This document shows, piece after piece, positions 62,615 through 64,000 of a DNA stretch of 64,000 nucleotides. The notes under the pieces are model-generated. The model was given only the letters and a program-made list of their open reading frames with translations. It was not told the origin of the DNA and ran no database searches. Each line of letters opens with the position of its first letter. The stretch's first letter is position 1. Position numbers and translations under genes: made by a program. Origin of the DNA: Malacoraja senta (lineage: Eukaryota); NCBI GenBank assembly GCA_038087875.1, contig CM075987.1, forward strand, positions 20,336,001 through 20,400,000, written 5' to 3'.

Positions 62615-63079
62615 TAATCTGTTAAAAGCCTGACGGCTTAACTTAATAAACACATTTTATTTTTTAAACTTTAGCAATCTTTTTGTAATGTTAAAACTTA
62701 AATTTCTTAGAGCATACCATCAGCCATGTCAGTGCCAGTATCATTCTGGCAGCGTGATACTTTCATCCTGTATGAAACCATGTGTATTTGAGTCACCATG
62801 ACTGATTACCAACAAAAGGCTTGCTCCTGGTAACAGGATCTCTCCAGGTTATGAGATGTGGACAAGAGGTTGCCACATCTTGTGGTGATGATGTGAAGGT
62901 TTGAAGATAAGATGAATGTTGTTTGGGCGTTGTGACTGGTCAAGATTCACGGTGAGTGGGTGATGCATTTGGTGCATTGCCTGAGCACAGTATTGTACTG
63001 AATGGGGTGTTTGAAGGTGCATTCACTGACCTTGACAGCAGGGCCATTGGAAGTGAACACTGGGGCTCGGCTCCTGGCA

Positions 63080-63600
63080 TGAACAAGCTACAGAGAAAGC
63101 ACTTCATATTTTGTTTAGGCAGCTTACAACCGGACGGATTGAACGTTGAATTCTCCAATTTCAAGTAATGCCCTCCTACCACCTCCTCTTCCCTGTGCCC
63201 TCACTGTGTGCACCCATGACTCCCACCCTCCCTGTCACCCTGCTTCTTTCCAATCAATGTCCCACATTTCCTTTTCACTCCACCTCTTCCCCCCCATCCC
63301 CCCACCCCATCCCCCACCCCCTGTGTCCTTCCATCTGTATCCCTCCCTCTGCCTTTATATTTTACTCCTCTCCTTATCCTACGTTCTTTTCACCTCTGCC
63401 TTTGTCGCCTGCTCCACCAATCTGTTAATCAACCCCTCCCCTCACCTGTATCCATCTATCACTTGCCAGGCTTTGTCCCGCTTCCATCTCTCTTTTCCAG
63501 CTTTCGCCCTCCTACTACTGTCGGTCTGAAGAAGGGTCCTGACCGGAAACATCGCTTATCCATTCCCTGACCCACGGAGTTCCTCCACCACTTTGTTCTG
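63080..63600 (+). mobile_element. Penelope-like element 3' end: GIY-YIG endonuclease C-terminus plus terminal repeat with hammerhead motif
   Basis: KLQRKHFIFCLGSLQPDGLNVEFSNFK* (stop 63166-63168) matches the PLE ORF end motif (LGTLxPxGLN). A pyrimidine-rich UTR follows, then CTGAAGA-AGGGTCCTGACCG-GAAACATC at 63526-63553. Confidence 0.8.
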
Positions 63601-64000
63601 CACAGAGAAAGCTTACACCTCTTGCTTTTCCCCTTCCCTCACTGTAACCCTACGCTTCCGTCAGATATTTTAGAACTGCAGCGCCTCCAAGCTGTGGTGG
63701 GAGCGTTGGAAGACAACAAAGATGGTGAAATACTGTTGCTCAGTTATAGACTTCGAGCCAGAAGATCAGGCTCCAAGGCCATGTGTAATTTCAGGAATAA
63801 CATATCCTTTATCTGGACATTTAGTCTGTGTCCTCCTGGCATCTTGCTGGAATTCAGCGCCCCATCTAGGTTTTCACTGTGCCTTGTATAAGACCGTCAT
63901 CTATAGTTTGTGGTACTAGTGAGCTCACCACAGTCTCATTAGTTTCCAATCACACCACCAGCAACAATATCACCTTCCACTTCCATGGTACACCTGTGCT

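Noticed and set aside
63622-63919. ORFs near the window end as the next PIP5KL1 exon
   Set aside because: No resemblance to the expected PIP5KL1 continuation and no convincing donor site.

Overview
Vertebrate genomic DNA, not prokaryotic. The repeat content (V-SINE/HE1-type SINEs, CR1 and Rex/Babar LINE relics, Penelope-derived elements) suggests a cartilaginous fish, probably a skate or ray; this is an inference. The window holds the same-strand block FAM102A/EEIG1 (last two coding exons), DPM2 (complete, 4 exons, 84 aa) and PIP5KL1 (first two coding exons), matching the order at human 9q34.11. Between FAM102A and DPM2 lies an intact minus-strand gene with three coding exons. It encodes a 264-273 aa type-I membrane protein with a mannose-6-phosphate-receptor-homology (MRH/ATG27-like) domain and appears to share a bidirectional CpG-island promoter with DPM2. 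I know of no such gene at the human locus. Other notable structures: a 186-nt copy of that gene's exon inserted into its own last intron between 31-bp direct repeats; a family of Penelope-derived fold-back insertions with 11-14 bp target-site duplications, centred on a minimal hammerhead-ribozyme motif; three non-autonomous Helitrons; and a deleted IR/DR Tc1 element. There is one 260-N assembly gap. All gene identities come from recalled sequence similarity, not a database search.
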